Source: Bacteroidota bacterium (GTDB taxonomy: Bacteria > Bacteroidota > Bacteroidia > UKL13-3). From it: a stretch of 64,000 bases of DNA. The notes under the pieces were generated by a model. The model saw only the letters and a program-made list of their open reading frames with translations. It was not told where the DNA came from and searched no databases. Positions within the stretch are counted from its first letter, which is position 1; each line of letters starts with the position of its first letter. Made by a program: the position numbers and the translations under genes. Shown piece by piece: positions 1-10,541 of this stretch. The stretch covers positions 81,234-145,233 of the forward strand of contig CANGVA010000002.1 of NCBI GenBank assembly GCA_947457395.1. Reading direction: 5' to 3'.

Positions 1-2
1 TA

Positions 3-509
3 TTTGTTGGAGGATTTAATCATCCGCCAAACGTAGATGCGGTAATTTGGTTTATTAAAGAAATCTATCCATTGGTAAGAAAAGAAATACCAGATATCGT
101 GTTCCATGTTGTAGGATCCAATGCTCCGGAACAAATAACTAAACTGTCGTCTAAGCAAATAGTTGTACATGGTTTTGTTTCAGAACAAAAACTAAATCAA
201 CTTTACCTTGCTTGTAAAATGGTGGTAGTACCACTCAGGTATGGTGCTGGCATTAAAGGCAAGGTTGTTGAAGCCCTTTCGTTTGGAGTACCAATGGTTT
301 CAACATCAATAGGCATAGAAGGCTTAAATAATAATGATGAGGCTTTTCTGTGTGCTGATACGCCTGCTGCATTTGCTTCAAGTATTGTTAATGCCTACCA
401 AAATCGTTCGCACCTCGAATCCATTTCTAAGAGAGCCAAATCACTAATTCAACATTATTTTTCAAAGCAAAGTGCTAAAGATTTTATTAAACACGAAATG
501 CTTAGATAG
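3..509 (+). CDS. Glycosyltransferase family 4 protein, C-terminal part (5' end outside window)
   Basis: Frame is open from position 3 (FVGGFNHPPNVDAVIWF...). GT-B motif PLRYGAGIKGKVVEAL. Confidence 0.85.
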   Translation, partial: FVGGFNHPPNVDAVIWFIKEIYPLVRKEIPDIVFHVVGSNAPEQITKLSSKQIVVHGFVSEQKLNQLYLACKMVVVPLRYGAGIKGKVVEALSFGVPMVSTSIGIEGLNNNDEAFLCADTPAAFASSIVNAYQNRSHLESISKRAKSLIQHYFSKQSAKDFIKHEMLR

Positions 510-1944
510 CAAACCTGTTGTTTAACTTGCTATAATAGGGATCATCTTCAATCAACTTTTGCCACTTCTTTCGCATCAATGCAGACTCATGTCTGTAATG
601 CTTACCGGAAAGCCAACTTGCAAAAGGATGTTGTCTGGAAGCTGACTCATAGTGATAAAGTACAACATCTGCAGCATATACATTGTAGTATTGAGCTTGC
701 ATAAGCCTCAGGCAAAAATCTATATCGTTATAATTCACGGCAAAAGCAGCATCAAAACCCCCAACTTTATGAAATGCTTCTCTCGAAACCATCATACAAG
801 CTGCTGTAACTGCAGTATAGTTGCGATCAGTCGACACTTCTCTTTCATGCTCTGCTTTACCCAAATAAATATGTCTGCTAATAATATCAGGGTCTAAAAT
901 AATACCTGCATGCTGTATGGTATGATTTGGGTATAACAATTTAGCCCCCACTGCACCAGTTTTTCCTACATTAAATTTGCTAAGCATACGCTCGATCCAA
1001 TCAGGCGTTATAACAGAGGTATCGTTGTTTAAAAAAACAAAATAATCACCACTTGCATGAGCTACTCCAAGATTAATAAGTGCTGAAAAATTAAATGGAA
1101 TATTTGCAGTAGCCTGAACAAAGCGTTTGCCTAGCCGCTCTTTATATAGTTTTAACAACTCCAACAACTCAGCCTCATTACTTGCGTTATCAACCAACAC
1201 AATCTCAAAATTAGCATAAGTGGTTATATTTAATATAGCATCAACACTTTGTTTTACAAGAAAGGATTTATTGCGGGTTGGAATAATAATGCTTACTAAT
1301 TTCGCAGAATCGTGTTGTATGATTGTATTTCCTTTAAGCAATTTGATTTGCTGTTTGTGCAGTAAAACCTCTTGGCAATGCAGTGACCTGATACCTTTTT
1401 CTGATAAACTCTGCAGCCAGGCATACTGTGCCTCGGGCGTAAGCGGTATTTCTTCTTTAAATAACTCAACTTTTGCGCAATATGCATTTTGCAAATAGTT
1501 TGATTGGGCAAGTGTATGTGGGCTCCATGCGGGATTAAAATGAGGGCTTTGATGAGTGCCCTTTTGATTGACTTCGTCAAAATCAAAGCTTATTAATTCC
1601 GGAAAATCATTTGAAATTATAAATCGACTAAGTAGGGGCAGTGCATCGCGCCTAAATTGATCTCCTGAGTTGGCTATAACAACATAGCCGCTTTCTGGAA
1701 GCACAGTTGAACCTTTTGATAAAATGTGTATGGGGATACCGGCTTCCTTATCTGCTGTTATACTAGACTCAAGCCAAGAAGCATAATTAACAGGCCTGGC
1801 AAAAAACTTATTAATTAGCTTGGATAACATATTCCCATAAAAAAGCTGATATGAGCAATAAGAAAGAAGATAGTAAACCGATTGAAAGAAACCTGCATCG
1901 GTACCTGTGATGGTTCTGATTCTATTTTTTAAAAATCCCGGCAT
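502..1944 (-). CDS. Glycosyltransferase family 2 protein (degenerate N-terminal GT domain plus intact C-terminal GT-A domain)
   Basis: Motifs VSIIIPTRN, LVDNAS, FLNNDT, AVTAACMM, YNDIDFCLRL, HYESASR. Confidence 0.88.
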   Translation of the reverse strand: MPGFLKNRIRTITGTDAGFFQSVYYLLSYCSYQLFYGNMLSKLINKFFARPVNYASWLESSITADKEAGIPIHILSKGSTVLPESGYVVIANSGDQFRRDALPLLSRFIISNDFPELISFDFDEVNQKGTHQSPHFNPAWSPHTLAQSNYLQNAYCAKVELFKEEIPLTPEAQYAWLQSLSEKGIRSLHCQEVLLHKQQIKLLKGNTIIQHDSAKLVSIIIPTRNKSFLVKQSVDAILNITTYANFEIVLVDNASNEAELLELLKLYKERLGKRFVQATANIPFNFSALINLGVAHASGDYFVFLNNDTSVITPDWIERMLSKFNVGKTGAVGAKLLYPNHTIQHAGIILDPDIISRHIYLGKAEHEREVSTDRNYTAVTAACMMVSREAFHKVGGFDAAFAVNYNDIDFCLRLMQAQYYNVYAADVVLYHYESASRQHPFASWLSGKHYRHESALMRKKWQKLIEDDPYYSKLNNRFAI

Positions 1945-1950
1945 GCATTG

Positions 1951-2688
1951 TTAATGGAAGAGACTTTCATAATAAGCTGCAACTTCATCTATTGGTCCGG
2001 TTAATGCAATTTTACCATCAACCAGACACGCACCATGCGTACAAATTCTTTTCAACTCAACCAAACTGTGTGAAACGTAAATAATAGAGCATCCTGATTT
2101 TTTTATTTCATTGATGCGGTGTGCGCACTTTTCCTGAAATCCAATATCGCCTACAGAGAGTGCTTCATCTACAATTAAAATATCTGGCGTTTTTGCTACT
2201 GAAATTGAAAAGCCTAGCCGGGCAGTCATGCCTGCCGAATAACGCTTTACCTGCATGTTTAAATCAGCCTTACTCAACTCGGAAAATTGTTCAACAAAAG
2301 TGGTTGTTTCCTTTATCTCCTTGCTATTCATACCCATCAGCGTTGCGATGAGTTTAATATTGTCATAACCCGAAAGTTCCAGCTCAATGCCTGCACCGAT
2401 GGATAACATTGGTGCTATTCGTCCTTCTACCTTAATAGCTCCACTACTAGGCGTGATTATGCCTGCAAGTGTTCTTAGCAGGGTGCTCTTACCAGAGCCG
2501 TTCTTTCCCATCAAGGCAAAGCATTCGCCTTTTTTAATGTCTAAAGAAACACCCTTAAGTATCTTTTTTTTCTCAAACGGACTCACCATCCCAAAAGACA
2601 TGATTAAATCTTTGAATGAATTAATTCGCTGATTCTGGATGTAAAAATCTACATATAAGTTCTCTATTTTGATAACGGTACTTTGCAT
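1951..2688 (-). CDS. wzt: Polysaccharide ABC exporter ATP-binding subunit
   Basis: Walker A GKNGSGKST, signature YSAGMTARLGF, DEALSVGD, VSH. Start moved to the ATG at 2688 (MQSTVIKIENL), just after the wzm stop. Confidence 0.9.
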   Translation of the reverse strand: MQSTVIKIENLYVDFYIQNQRINSFKDLIMSFGMVSPFEKKKILKGVSLDIKKGECFALMGKNGSGKSTLLRTLAGIITPSSGAIKVEGRIAPMLSIGAGIELELSGYDNIKLIATLMGMNSKEIKETTTFVEQFSELSKADLNMQVKRYSAGMTARLGFSISVAKTPDILIVDEALSVGDIGFQEKCAHRINEIKKSGCSIIYVSHSLVELKRICTHGACLVDGKIALTGPIDEVAAYYESLFH

Positions 2689-2696
2689 GTAATGAT

Positions 2697-3467
2697 TTAA
2701 TAAAAAGACACGAAATTTTTCTTGAGTTTGTGGTAAACAAGCAAACCAATAAGGGCTGCGCATAGAGCCATACCAATTGTAATGAGCCACATTTGAATAC
2801 CCGGAACAGCATTTTGGTAAAGTATAATTCGCATAAACTCAATGTAATGATAGAGTGGATTTAGCGTAATAATCAAGTGATACTTTTCAGGAATCATCTT
2901 AGACGAGTAGGCGATTGGTGTAAAGTAAAAAATGGCCGGAGAAAGGGTATTCCACAGTAATCCTATGTCACGAAAAAAAACATTTAACGTGCACAAAAAC
3001 AAGCCAGCACCAAAACTGAAAACCGAAAAGATGATAACTGCAGGAATCAATAGCAGCAATTCAGAAGAAAAGTTGAGGCCAAAGAAAATCATTAATCCAA
3101 AAAATGGAATAAAAGAGAGCAGAAAGGTGAACAACTCTGCTGCTAAAGCACTAAAAGGGAATAACAATTTAGGAATAGCGATGGTCTTTAGTACGCTGGC
3201 ATTATTAATAATAGATAACATCATTTGATTGATGGTATTATTAAAATAAGTCCAGAACATGAGGCCAATCAGCGCAAATAATGAGTAGCGCTCAATATCC
3301 GGAAAAGCATTGCTGAAAACGATGGTAAATATAATCAGATAGGCCAGTGGATGAAGCAGGCTCCATACAAAACCCAGGGCAGAGTTTTTGTACTTCATCT
3401 TCATGTTTTTAACGGCCACGGCTGTAACCAGATTGGGAAAGTTCTTAAGTGCGTGAATGGAAATCAT
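2697..3467 (-). CDS. wzm: Polysaccharide ABC exporter permease
   Basis: KYKNSALGFVWSLLHP, NVFFRD, FYFTPIAY and LNPL motifs. Multi-TM protein adjacent to wzt. Confidence 0.9.
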   Translation of the reverse strand: MISIHALKNFPNLVTAVAVKNMKMKYKNSALGFVWSLLHPLAYLIIFTIVFSNAFPDIERYSLFALIGLMFWTYFNNTINQMMLSIINNASVLKTIAIPKLLFPFSALAAELFTFLLSFIPFFGLMIFFGLNFSSELLLLIPAVIIFSVFSFGAGLFLCTLNVFFRDIGLLWNTLSPAIFYFTPIAYSSKMIPEKYHLIITLNPLYHYIEFMRIILYQNAVPGIQMWLITIGMALCAALIGLLVYHKLKKNFVSFY

Positions 3468-3490
3468 AGTAGCGAAGATATTCTTTTAAT

Positions 3491-4438
3491 TTAATCAGGC
3501 TTTGCAGCGCTTTCGATATTGGTCTCCTCTATTAAAAAATCAGGCCTATTCATTACATTGCTCATAATCCGGCTAATATACTCACCAATTATACCCATAC
3601 AAAAAAGCTGGGTACCACCTATAAGGGTAATGAGTATCATCATAGATGTCCATCCTTTAACAGTTGAGTGTAAAACAAATTTTGAGATCAGGGCATATAC
3701 AATGGCACCCATTGAAACAAGTGACATAAGTAAGCCGATATAGGTAACCAACCTGATAGGAAAATGAGAAAACGCGGTAATACCATCAATGGCAAGATTG
3801 AGCATCTTTTTTAATGGATAACCGGTTTGGCCATGCAGTCTTGGGTCTCTGTTATAGGTGATAAATGTTTGTTTAAACCCTACCCATGCAATCTGACCAC
3901 GAAGAAACTTATTCTTCTCGGGCATACTCATAACTGCTTTTCGAACCCGTTCACTGATGATTCTGAAATCACCTGTGTCAACAGGTATATCAATGCTGGT
4001 AACTGATGAAATAAACCGGTAAAATATTTTAGCAGTTAATTTCTTAAACAATGATTCGCCTATGCGTTTATTTCTTTTTGCATAAACCACTTCATAACCC
4101 TCTTCTGCCTTTTTTAGCATTTCATGTATCAGTTCTGGGGGGTCCTGTAGGTCGGCATCTATAATGGCTATATACTTTCCGCTGGCATAAGTCAAACCTG
4201 CATAAACAGCAAGCTGGTGTCCGAAATTTCTGGAGAATGAGATAAACTTAACATGCTGGTACGCTGCAGCTATCTCTTTTATTTTAAATAATGATAAATC
4301 CTTGCTTCCATCATTTACAAACAGTAACTCATAATGAAGTGCGCCTAATGTATCATTCAATCTCTTAAATAAAACTTCTATATTCGCTTCTTCATTAAAT
4401 ACAGGAGCCACCACACTTAAGTAAGCTTTCTCTGACAT
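3491..4438 (-). CDS. GtrB/YkcC-like polyprenyl-phosphate glycosyltransferase (GT2 with two C-terminal TM helices)
   Basis: LSVVAPVFNEE, VNDGSKD, FSRNFGHQ, IDADLQDPP, DTGDFR, GIIGEYI. Confidence 0.9.
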   Translation of the reverse strand: MSEKAYLSVVAPVFNEEANIEVLFKRLNDTLGALHYELLFVNDGSKDLSLFKIKEIAAAYQHVKFISFSRNFGHQLAVYAGLTYASGKYIAIIDADLQDPPELIHEMLKKAEEGYEVVYAKRNKRIGESLFKKLTAKIFYRFISSVTSIDIPVDTGDFRIISERVRKAVMSMPEKNKFLRGQIAWVGFKQTFITYNRDPRLHGQTGYPLKKMLNLAIDGITAFSHFPIRLVTYIGLLMSLVSMGAIVYALISKFVLHSTVKGWTSMMILITLIGGTQLFCMGIIGEYISRIMSNVMNRPDFLIEETNIESAAKPD

Positions 4439-5717
4439 GATTGCCGGTTTTATTAAAAATCTCTGTATTCCGCTTTTTGCATTGGTATGCCTTGCAAGTA
4501 TAACTATATTTATTTACTTCCTTCAACACGGTGAGTGGCCGCTGTTTAATCAATGCCTGTGTCACTGGGATTGCGGATGGTATCATAATATTAAACAATT
4601 GGGTTATGTACTGCATGCCGATAGAGAAAGCAACCTCGCTTTTTTTCCCTTGTTTCCATACTTGTGGCGGTGGCTGGATACAACTGTTTTGCAAATGAGC
4701 ATTATCAATGCAACCATCTTCTGCCTGTCGTTTGCATGGGCGCAACATTACTTTGCATTTAGCAAACCGGTTTGGGTAACTTTTTTCTGCTTAGGGTTGT
4801 TGCCGTTTTTTATGGTGCCTTATTCAGAGAGTTTGTTTTTTGCCGGCTCTATTGTTTTTCTGATGGGGCTTCAGAAAAAAAACGGATTATACATCATTGC
4901 CGGAATTGCCATCAGTGTAATGGCCCGCTCGGCATCTATGATATTTGGTGTAGCGTTTTTGATATTGTTTATACATGAGTGGATGGAAGAGCGCCACCAG
5001 CAAAAAAAACAGTGGCTGGCATTGTTGGGTTTTATGGCCACCCTGGTTTTTACCCTGTTGGTTTTTTATATACATTATCTCAAAACCGGTAACTTTTTTG
5101 CGTTTTTTTATGCGCAGCAATTTTGGGAACACCATGCTGGTTTGCCTCAACTGCCCCTTACTTCATGGCATTGGCCTACACATATCAGCGATTCGGTTGC
5201 ACTCATTTTCGGACTCACTTCTATTATATTGGTTATACAGATTTTACTAAAACAATGGTTTTCGTTTACACCCAAGTTCAGGCCTTTTCAAATCAATGAA
5301 AAAATTCATGCTGCAGAGTTGTTCAGCCTACTTTATTTGGCCGGTACAGCCGGTGCCATATTGTTGTTTCAAGGAGGTAATTTGCACAGCCTCAACCGTT
5401 ATGTAATGGCTACGCCCTTTTTTATTTTTCTGATTCAACTGTTCTATTCAAAAAAGGTAAGTATACGTTTTACATCCGTGCAGTACCTGATATTTACCAT
5501 ACTCATCGGAACCATTTTTCCCAGACAAACGTATATCGAACATTATATACTAATAGCTACAGGTATATTTATTTTACCGGCAAGCATATTTTTTAAAAAT
5601 ACTCCGCAAAGTAACAAAGGCTTCAACTTTATGGTTAAGTATTTGCCATTGCTAATTGGAGCTGTTTATCAAATTATGAGTTTAACGAAGTATTTATCCG
5701 GAAAATGGATGGGCTGA
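4437..5717 (+). CDS. Multi-pass membrane GT-C glycosyltransferase (PIG-V/mannosyltransferase-like)
   Basis: N-terminal TM helix followed by HWDCGWY, AFFPLFPYL, YSESLF and RY motifs. Many TM segments. Confidence 0.72.
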   Translation: MIAGFIKNLCIPLFALVCLASITIFIYFLQHGEWPLFNQCLCHWDCGWYHNIKQLGYVLHADRESNLAFFPLFPYLWRWLDTTVLQMSIINATIFCLSFAWAQHYFAFSKPVWVTFFCLGLLPFFMVPYSESLFFAGSIVFLMGLQKKNGLYIIAGIAISVMARSASMIFGVAFLILFIHEWMEERHQQKKQWLALLGFMATLVFTLLVFYIHYLKTGNFFAFFYAQQFWEHHAGLPQLPLTSWHWPTHISDSVALIFGLTSIILVIQILLKQWFSFTPKFRPFQINEKIHAAELFSLLYLAGTAGAILLFQGGNLHSLNRYVMATPFFIFLIQLFYSKKVSIRFTSVQYLIFTILIGTIFPRQTYIEHYILIATGIFILPASIFFKNTPQSNKGFNFMVKYLPLLIGAVYQIMSLTKYLSGKWMG

Positions 5718-6763
5718 TGAGGCAACAAACTATTTACATAAATGGCCGTTTTTTAATGCAAACCATTACCGGTGTGCAATTATATGCACGTGAAATATGC
5801 AGATATCTTACGCACCAAGAAACCCGCAGGTTTGTGCTTATTGCGCCAACAGGCACAAAACTCCCCAATGAGCTGGCTCACCTTGATTTTGTTGCCATGG
5901 GAAAAACCAAAGGCTACTCATGGGAACAGATTGAATTGCCTGCATACCTCAAAAAAAGAGGATCTCCCTTGCTTATCAATTTATGCAATACCGCACCGCT
6001 CCTTTATAGAAATCAGTTTGTAACCATTCATGACCTTGCTTTTCTGCATCATCCGGAATGGTATAGTAAGGGTTTTGCCACCGTATACCGATATCTTATT
6101 CCAAGAATTGCCAAACGAGCCGAAAAAGTAATTACAGTTAGCGAAACCATTAAACAACAGCTAATAAATCAGTTGCATATTCAGCAAAAACAAATTTGCG
6201 TTTTAGGCAATGGTCTTCAGTATGATGTGCTGAACAGTCATTCAGATGGAGTGAAGGAAAAACTTATATTTACCGTAGGCTCTATCAACCCTAGAAAAAA
6301 CCTGCGCACCCTTGTTCAAGCTTTTGAATTAGCAAATCTTACGGGCTATAAACTTGTTATTTGCGGTGCCGGAGATAATGTTTTTGGTAAAGAGAAACTG
6401 ATTGTTTCAAACCCCAATATCGTCTTTGCCGGTTATATGGATAATGCATCCATGCTTTCTTATTATAAAAAAGCCGAAGTATTTATCAGCCTGTCTTTAG
6501 ATGAAGGCTTTGGCATACCAGTGCTGGAGGCTGCATACTTTAATTGTAAGTTGCTGCTTTCAGACATAGCCGTTTTTCGTGAGTTATACGGTAAAGTGGC
6601 AACATTTATCAACCCAAATGATGTTGTAGCCGCTTCTGCCACCCTATCTCAACTTGTTCAAAATCATACTACTAATAATACAGCCGTTGCTTCATTGCTG
6701 GCTGCCCACACCTATAAAAAATCGGCTACAGAGCTAACCAAACTCACAGATGCTTTTTTTTAG
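5717..6763 (+). CDS. Glycosyltransferase family 4 protein
   Basis: INGRFL..TGVQ, TIHDL, VGSINPRKN, EGFGIPVLEA. Start taken at the TGATG overlap with the upstream stop; 5705 is also possible. Confidence 0.88.
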   Translation: MRQQTIYINGRFLMQTITGVQLYAREICRYLTHQETRRFVLIAPTGTKLPNELAHLDFVAMGKTKGYSWEQIELPAYLKKRGSPLLINLCNTAPLLYRNQFVTIHDLAFLHHPEWYSKGFATVYRYLIPRIAKRAEKVITVSETIKQQLINQLHIQQKQICVLGNGLQYDVLNSHSDGVKEKLIFTVGSINPRKNLRTLVQAFELANLTGYKLVICGAGDNVFGKEKLIVSNPNIVFAGYMDNASMLSYYKKAEVFISLSLDEGFGIPVLEAAYFNCKLLLSDIAVFRELYGKVATFINPNDVVAASATLSQLVQNHTTNNTAVASLLAAHTYKKSATELTKLTDAFF

Positions 6764-6785
6764 TTAAGTTTGATGCCATACATTA

Positions 6786-7973
6786 ATGAAAGTAGCTCTT
6801 GTACATGATTGGTATACGGTGAGTGCCGGTGGAGAAAAAGTGATGCGCGCCATACTGAATAGCTTCACTGATAAAAGCTATTTACGTGAAAACCCTTTAA
6901 CCTCAAATTGGGAAAAGATTGAAACCGATAAAATTTCTGTATTTAGTTTGATTGATTTTTTAAGCAAAGCTGATAGAGCTTATTTATTAAATGGCAGAAA
7001 CGTAAATGCCAGTTTTATTCAGCATTTCCCGTTTGCTAAAAAACTATACCGCAACTACCTTCCCTTTTATATAAAGGCTATTGAATCTTTGGATCTGTCT
7101 CGTTTTGATCTGATAATTTCTTCTTCTTCTTCTGTTGCTAAAGGTGTTAAGAAAAGGCCAGGCCAAATACATATTTGCTATTGCCATACACCCATAAGAT
7201 ACGCATGGGATTTACAGGATCAATACCTGGAGCTGATGAACCCGATGCTGAAGCCGTTTACTTTTTATATTAAATATGAACTTTCTAAACTACGCAAGTG
7301 GGATTTGGAAACACAAGGCAGGGTAGATCATTTTTTAGCCAGTTCCGGTTTTATTGCCGAAAGGATAAAGCGCATATACAACAGAGATGCAACGGTTGTT
7401 TACCCGCCAGTAGATACCGACTCCTTTGCCTTGGCACCAAAACCACGAAAAAATTTTTATGTTACAGCTGGCCGCTTGGTTCCCTATAAAAAAATGCATG
7501 TTATTGCAGAAGCTTTTCGCCTCATGCCGGAAAAAAAGCTATTTATTATTGGTGATGGTCCTGACAGGAGCGTGGTTAAAAGATATTGCAACGATAATAT
7601 CGTACATCTAGGATATCAGCCTAAAGATAGGATGGTGAAATATATTCAGGAAGCAAAAGCATTTGTTTTAGCTGCCGAAGAAGATTTCGGTATCACTACC
7701 GTAGAAGCAGAGGCATGCGGAACACCAATTATTGCCTACAAAAAGGGTGGTTATTTGGAAACAGTGGTTGATGGGAAAACAGGTGTATTCTTTGAGCATC
7801 AAACAGCAAAAGAAATAAAAGAGGCTGTTCTGAATTTTGAACGCAAGGAGCAGGATTTTATTCCTGAAAATATAAGGAAACAGGCACTAAAATTTGCAGA
7901 GAAGAAGTTTAATTCAAACTTTGTTAAAGAAGTTAAACGTATATTACATGAAAAACGTGGAAATGCTTCATAA
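6786..7973 (+). CDS. Glycosyltransferase family 4 protein (WbaZ-like)
   Basis: MKVALVHDW, GGEKV, CYCHTPIRYAWD, RLVPYKK, EEDFGITTVEA. TAAGTTTG promoter element at 6765-6772. Confidence 0.9.
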   Translation: MKVALVHDWYTVSAGGEKVMRAILNSFTDKSYLRENPLTSNWEKIETDKISVFSLIDFLSKADRAYLLNGRNVNASFIQHFPFAKKLYRNYLPFYIKAIESLDLSRFDLIISSSSSVAKGVKKRPGQIHICYCHTPIRYAWDLQDQYLELMNPMLKPFTFYIKYELSKLRKWDLETQGRVDHFLASSGFIAERIKRIYNRDATVVYPPVDTDSFALAPKPRKNFYVTAGRLVPYKKMHVIAEAFRLMPEKKLFIIGDGPDRSVVKRYCNDNIVHLGYQPKDRMVKYIQEAKAFVLAAEEDFGITTVEAEACGTPIIAYKKGGYLETVVDGKTGVFFEHQTAKEIKEAVLNFERKEQDFIPENIRKQALKFAEKKFNSNFVKEVKRILHEKRGNAS

Positions 7974-9186
7974 ATTGAAAATAGCTGCACTCATGCTGGC
8001 ATCTGCATTTCCATTGTTTATGCCTCATCAGATATCCGGAATTGGTATGCTGCTACTAATAATTTGCGGCATTTCCGTTATTGGAGAAAGTGATTATTAC
8101 TTTGACTGGAAGAAAATGCTGGTGATCAGTGCTCCTTTTCTGATTTTTGGTGCTGCCATGATGCAAACTACTCATACAGATGCAGGATTAGAAGTATTGC
8201 AAAAGAAATTACTCTTACTTGCCTTACCTTTCACATTTGCTGTAAGCAAAAACCTTACCGATGAAAAATTGCGTGGTAAATTATTTCTGGTTTTCGAAGT
8301 TTCTGCTTTTGCCATCGGGCTTTACGCCAATCTTATGATGCGTTTTAAAGGCCTTACCATAACCGACCCGAATAACACAGATTACACGTACATTTATCGT
8401 CATGCACTTGAATACTATTCGGGCCTGCATCCTACCTACTATGCAGCAATTTTGTTTTTTGCCGCATTCCTTAGCTTAAATAATTTGGTACGCGACTGGA
8501 AAAAACGGCATGAAAACAAAATGGTTTGGATAGAACTGGTATTGACCATTTTACTCAGCACTATGGCTACTGCTTCTGCAGCCAGAGCACCACTGCTTGC
8601 CTTTGCTGTTATTTTATTTGCATGGAGTTTTGTGCACTTTAAAAACCTTGGTAAAACGTGGATTACCTTTTTGCTGGCTGCACTCTTTAGTATCACCCTG
8701 ATATCATTACCATCTACCAGAAACCGTATACTGGAAATGGTTAATCCTGCAAATTTTAATGCCCCATCAGGAAACAATGATAATGGAACAAATGTACGTG
8801 CCGGTATTTATTTGTGTAATTGGCAAACCCTTAAACAACACTGGCTAATTGGTGTTGGCACCGGTGATGTACAAACAGAACTAAATAACTGCCTCAGGCA
8901 ATTTAATACAAGCGTATATGATAACTTTGATTATAACACACATAATGAATACCTAAACATCTGGTTCTCGGCAGGTATCATCGGATTACTTGTATTTCTT
9001 GCCTCACTTTTTTTCTCCTTCAAACATGCCATTCAACATAAAAAATACACCTACTTGTACTTTCTTATTTTTATGAGCATCTGCTTTTTTACAGAAAATT
9101 ATTTAGAGCGCCAAGCAGGCATCATGCTGTATACATGGTTTCAATGTCTGTTTTTGTTTACACCAAAAGAAACACATCACACATGA
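7963..9186 (+). CDS. O-antigen ligase/Wzy_C family membrane protein
   Basis: Multi-TM protein with HPTY, R..IY, LIGVGTGD and THNEYL...GIIG motifs. Start is uncertain (7948 or 7963). Confidence 0.82.
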   Translation: MLHKLKIAALMLASAFPLFMPHQISGIGMLLLIICGISVIGESDYYFDWKKMLVISAPFLIFGAAMMQTTHTDAGLEVLQKKLLLLALPFTFAVSKNLTDEKLRGKLFLVFEVSAFAIGLYANLMMRFKGLTITDPNNTDYTYIYRHALEYYSGLHPTYYAAILFFAAFLSLNNLVRDWKKRHENKMVWIELVLTILLSTMATASAARAPLLAFAVILFAWSFVHFKNLGKTWITFLLAALFSITLISLPSTRNRILEMVNPANFNAPSGNNDNGTNVRAGIYLCNWQTLKQHWLIGVGTGDVQTELNNCLRQFNTSVYDNFDYNTHNEYLNIWFSAGIIGLLVFLASLFFSFKHAIQHKKYTYLYFLIFMSICFFTENYLERQAGIMLYTWFQCLFLFTPKETHHT

Positions 9187-9746
9187 AACTATCTTTTACG
9201 GAAATTTCTACCATAAGTCTTACACTTTTTGCTGTTATTGATATTTTGGGAGCCCTACCCATTATCATCGGAATGCGTCAAAAAAATGCGCATATTGATT
9301 CTGGTTGGGCAACAGTAGCTGCTGGAATTTTAATGGTTTTATTTTTACTTATTGGAGAAAAGTTGCTTGGATTATTTGGAATAGATGTATCATCATTTGC
9401 AGTTGCCGGGAGTATCGTAATTTTTATAATTGCCATTGAGATGATTTTAGGAATTGACCTATTCCGTCATGATCCGCATGAAAAAACAGGCAGTATTGTT
9501 CCCATCGCCTTCCCAATTATTGCAGGTTCAGGAACGCTAACCACCATTATTTCTCTTAAAGCCATTTATACATTTGAGAATATCCTATTAGGCATTCTGT
9601 TTAATTTAATGTTTGTTTATATCGCACTGAAATCTACCGGATTTATTGAACGGATACTTGGTAAGCCCGGATTGTTGCTTATACGTAAATTTTTTGGCAT
9701 TGTACTCCTTGCTATCGCTGTAAAGTTGTTTAAAACAAACTTCTAA
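9183..9746 (+). CDS. marC: MarC family membrane protein
   Basis: LFAVIDILG, SFAVAGSI, IVPIAFPIIAGSGT. ATGA overlap with the upstream stop. Confidence 0.88.
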   Translation: MKLSFTEISTISLTLFAVIDILGALPIIIGMRQKNAHIDSGWATVAAGILMVLFLLIGEKLLGLFGIDVSSFAVAGSIVIFIIAIEMILGIDLFRHDPHEKTGSIVPIAFPIIAGSGTLTTIISLKAIYTFENILLGILFNLMFVYIALKSTGFIERILGKPGLLLIRKFFGIVLLAIAVKLFKTNF

Positions 9747-10514
9747 TCATACGCCAAATATTTTTATAGAGTTCTCTGTTGTCACTGCTGCAACTTTTTC
9801 TACGGATACATTTTTTATTTCAGCAAGTTTTTCAGCAACATATAATAAATAGCTGCTTTCATTTCTTTTTCCCCTGTGGGGCACTGGTGCAAGATAAGGG
9901 GAATCTGTTTCGAGTACTAGGTGCTCCAAATCAATTTTTGCTATTGCATCAGGCAGGCTTGACTTGTTATATGTAAGCACACCACCAATTCCCAGATAGA
10001 AGCCAAGGGATATAATTTCATCCGCCTCTGCCGCAGTTCCACTAAAGCAATGAAAAATACCACGTAATTTATGGTGATTTATTTCTTTGATGATAGAAAT
10101 AATATCCGCTGTTGAATTGCGTGAATGAATAACCACAGGCAAATCGTATTGAATAGCCCACTGGCACTGTTTTTTAAACGCACTGATTTGTTGCTCCTTA
10201 AACTCGACTGACCAATAATAATCCAGCCCGATTTCTCCAACTGCATAAAACTTTCTTTTCTTAAACCATTTTTGAATTTGGAACAAGTGTGCTTCTACGT
10301 GCTCATCTACAGAGCAGGGATGTAAGCCCATCATAGGGAAACAATGCTCAGGAAACTCCCACACCAAATCCAGCATGGGTTGTATGCTGTGCGCATCAAT
10401 ATTAGGTAAAAACAACCTGCGTACACGTGCATCCAAAGTGCGGTGAATCATTTGCATGCGGTCTGCATGAAACTGTTCAGAATATAAATGCGTATGAGTA
10501 TCGGTAAAAATCAT
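9747..10514 (-). CDS. tatD: TatD family metal-dependent hydrolase/DNase
   Basis: DTHTH, GLHP, GEIGLDY, IHSR, FHCF, LETDSPYLAP. Confidence 0.95.
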   Translation of the reverse strand: MIFTDTHTHLYSEQFHADRMQMIHRTLDARVRRLFLPNIDAHSIQPMLDLVWEFPEHCFPMMGLHPCSVDEHVEAHLFQIQKWFKKRKFYAVGEIGLDYYWSVEFKEQQISAFKKQCQWAIQYDLPVVIHSRNSTADIISIIKEINHHKLRGIFHCFSGTAAEADEIISLGFYLGIGGVLTYNKSSLPDAIAKIDLEHLVLETDSPYLAPVPHRGKRNESSYLLYVAEKLAEIKNVSVEKVAAVTTENSIKIFGV

Positions 10515-10541
10515 GTTGCGCGAATATAAAGCAACTTGCTA

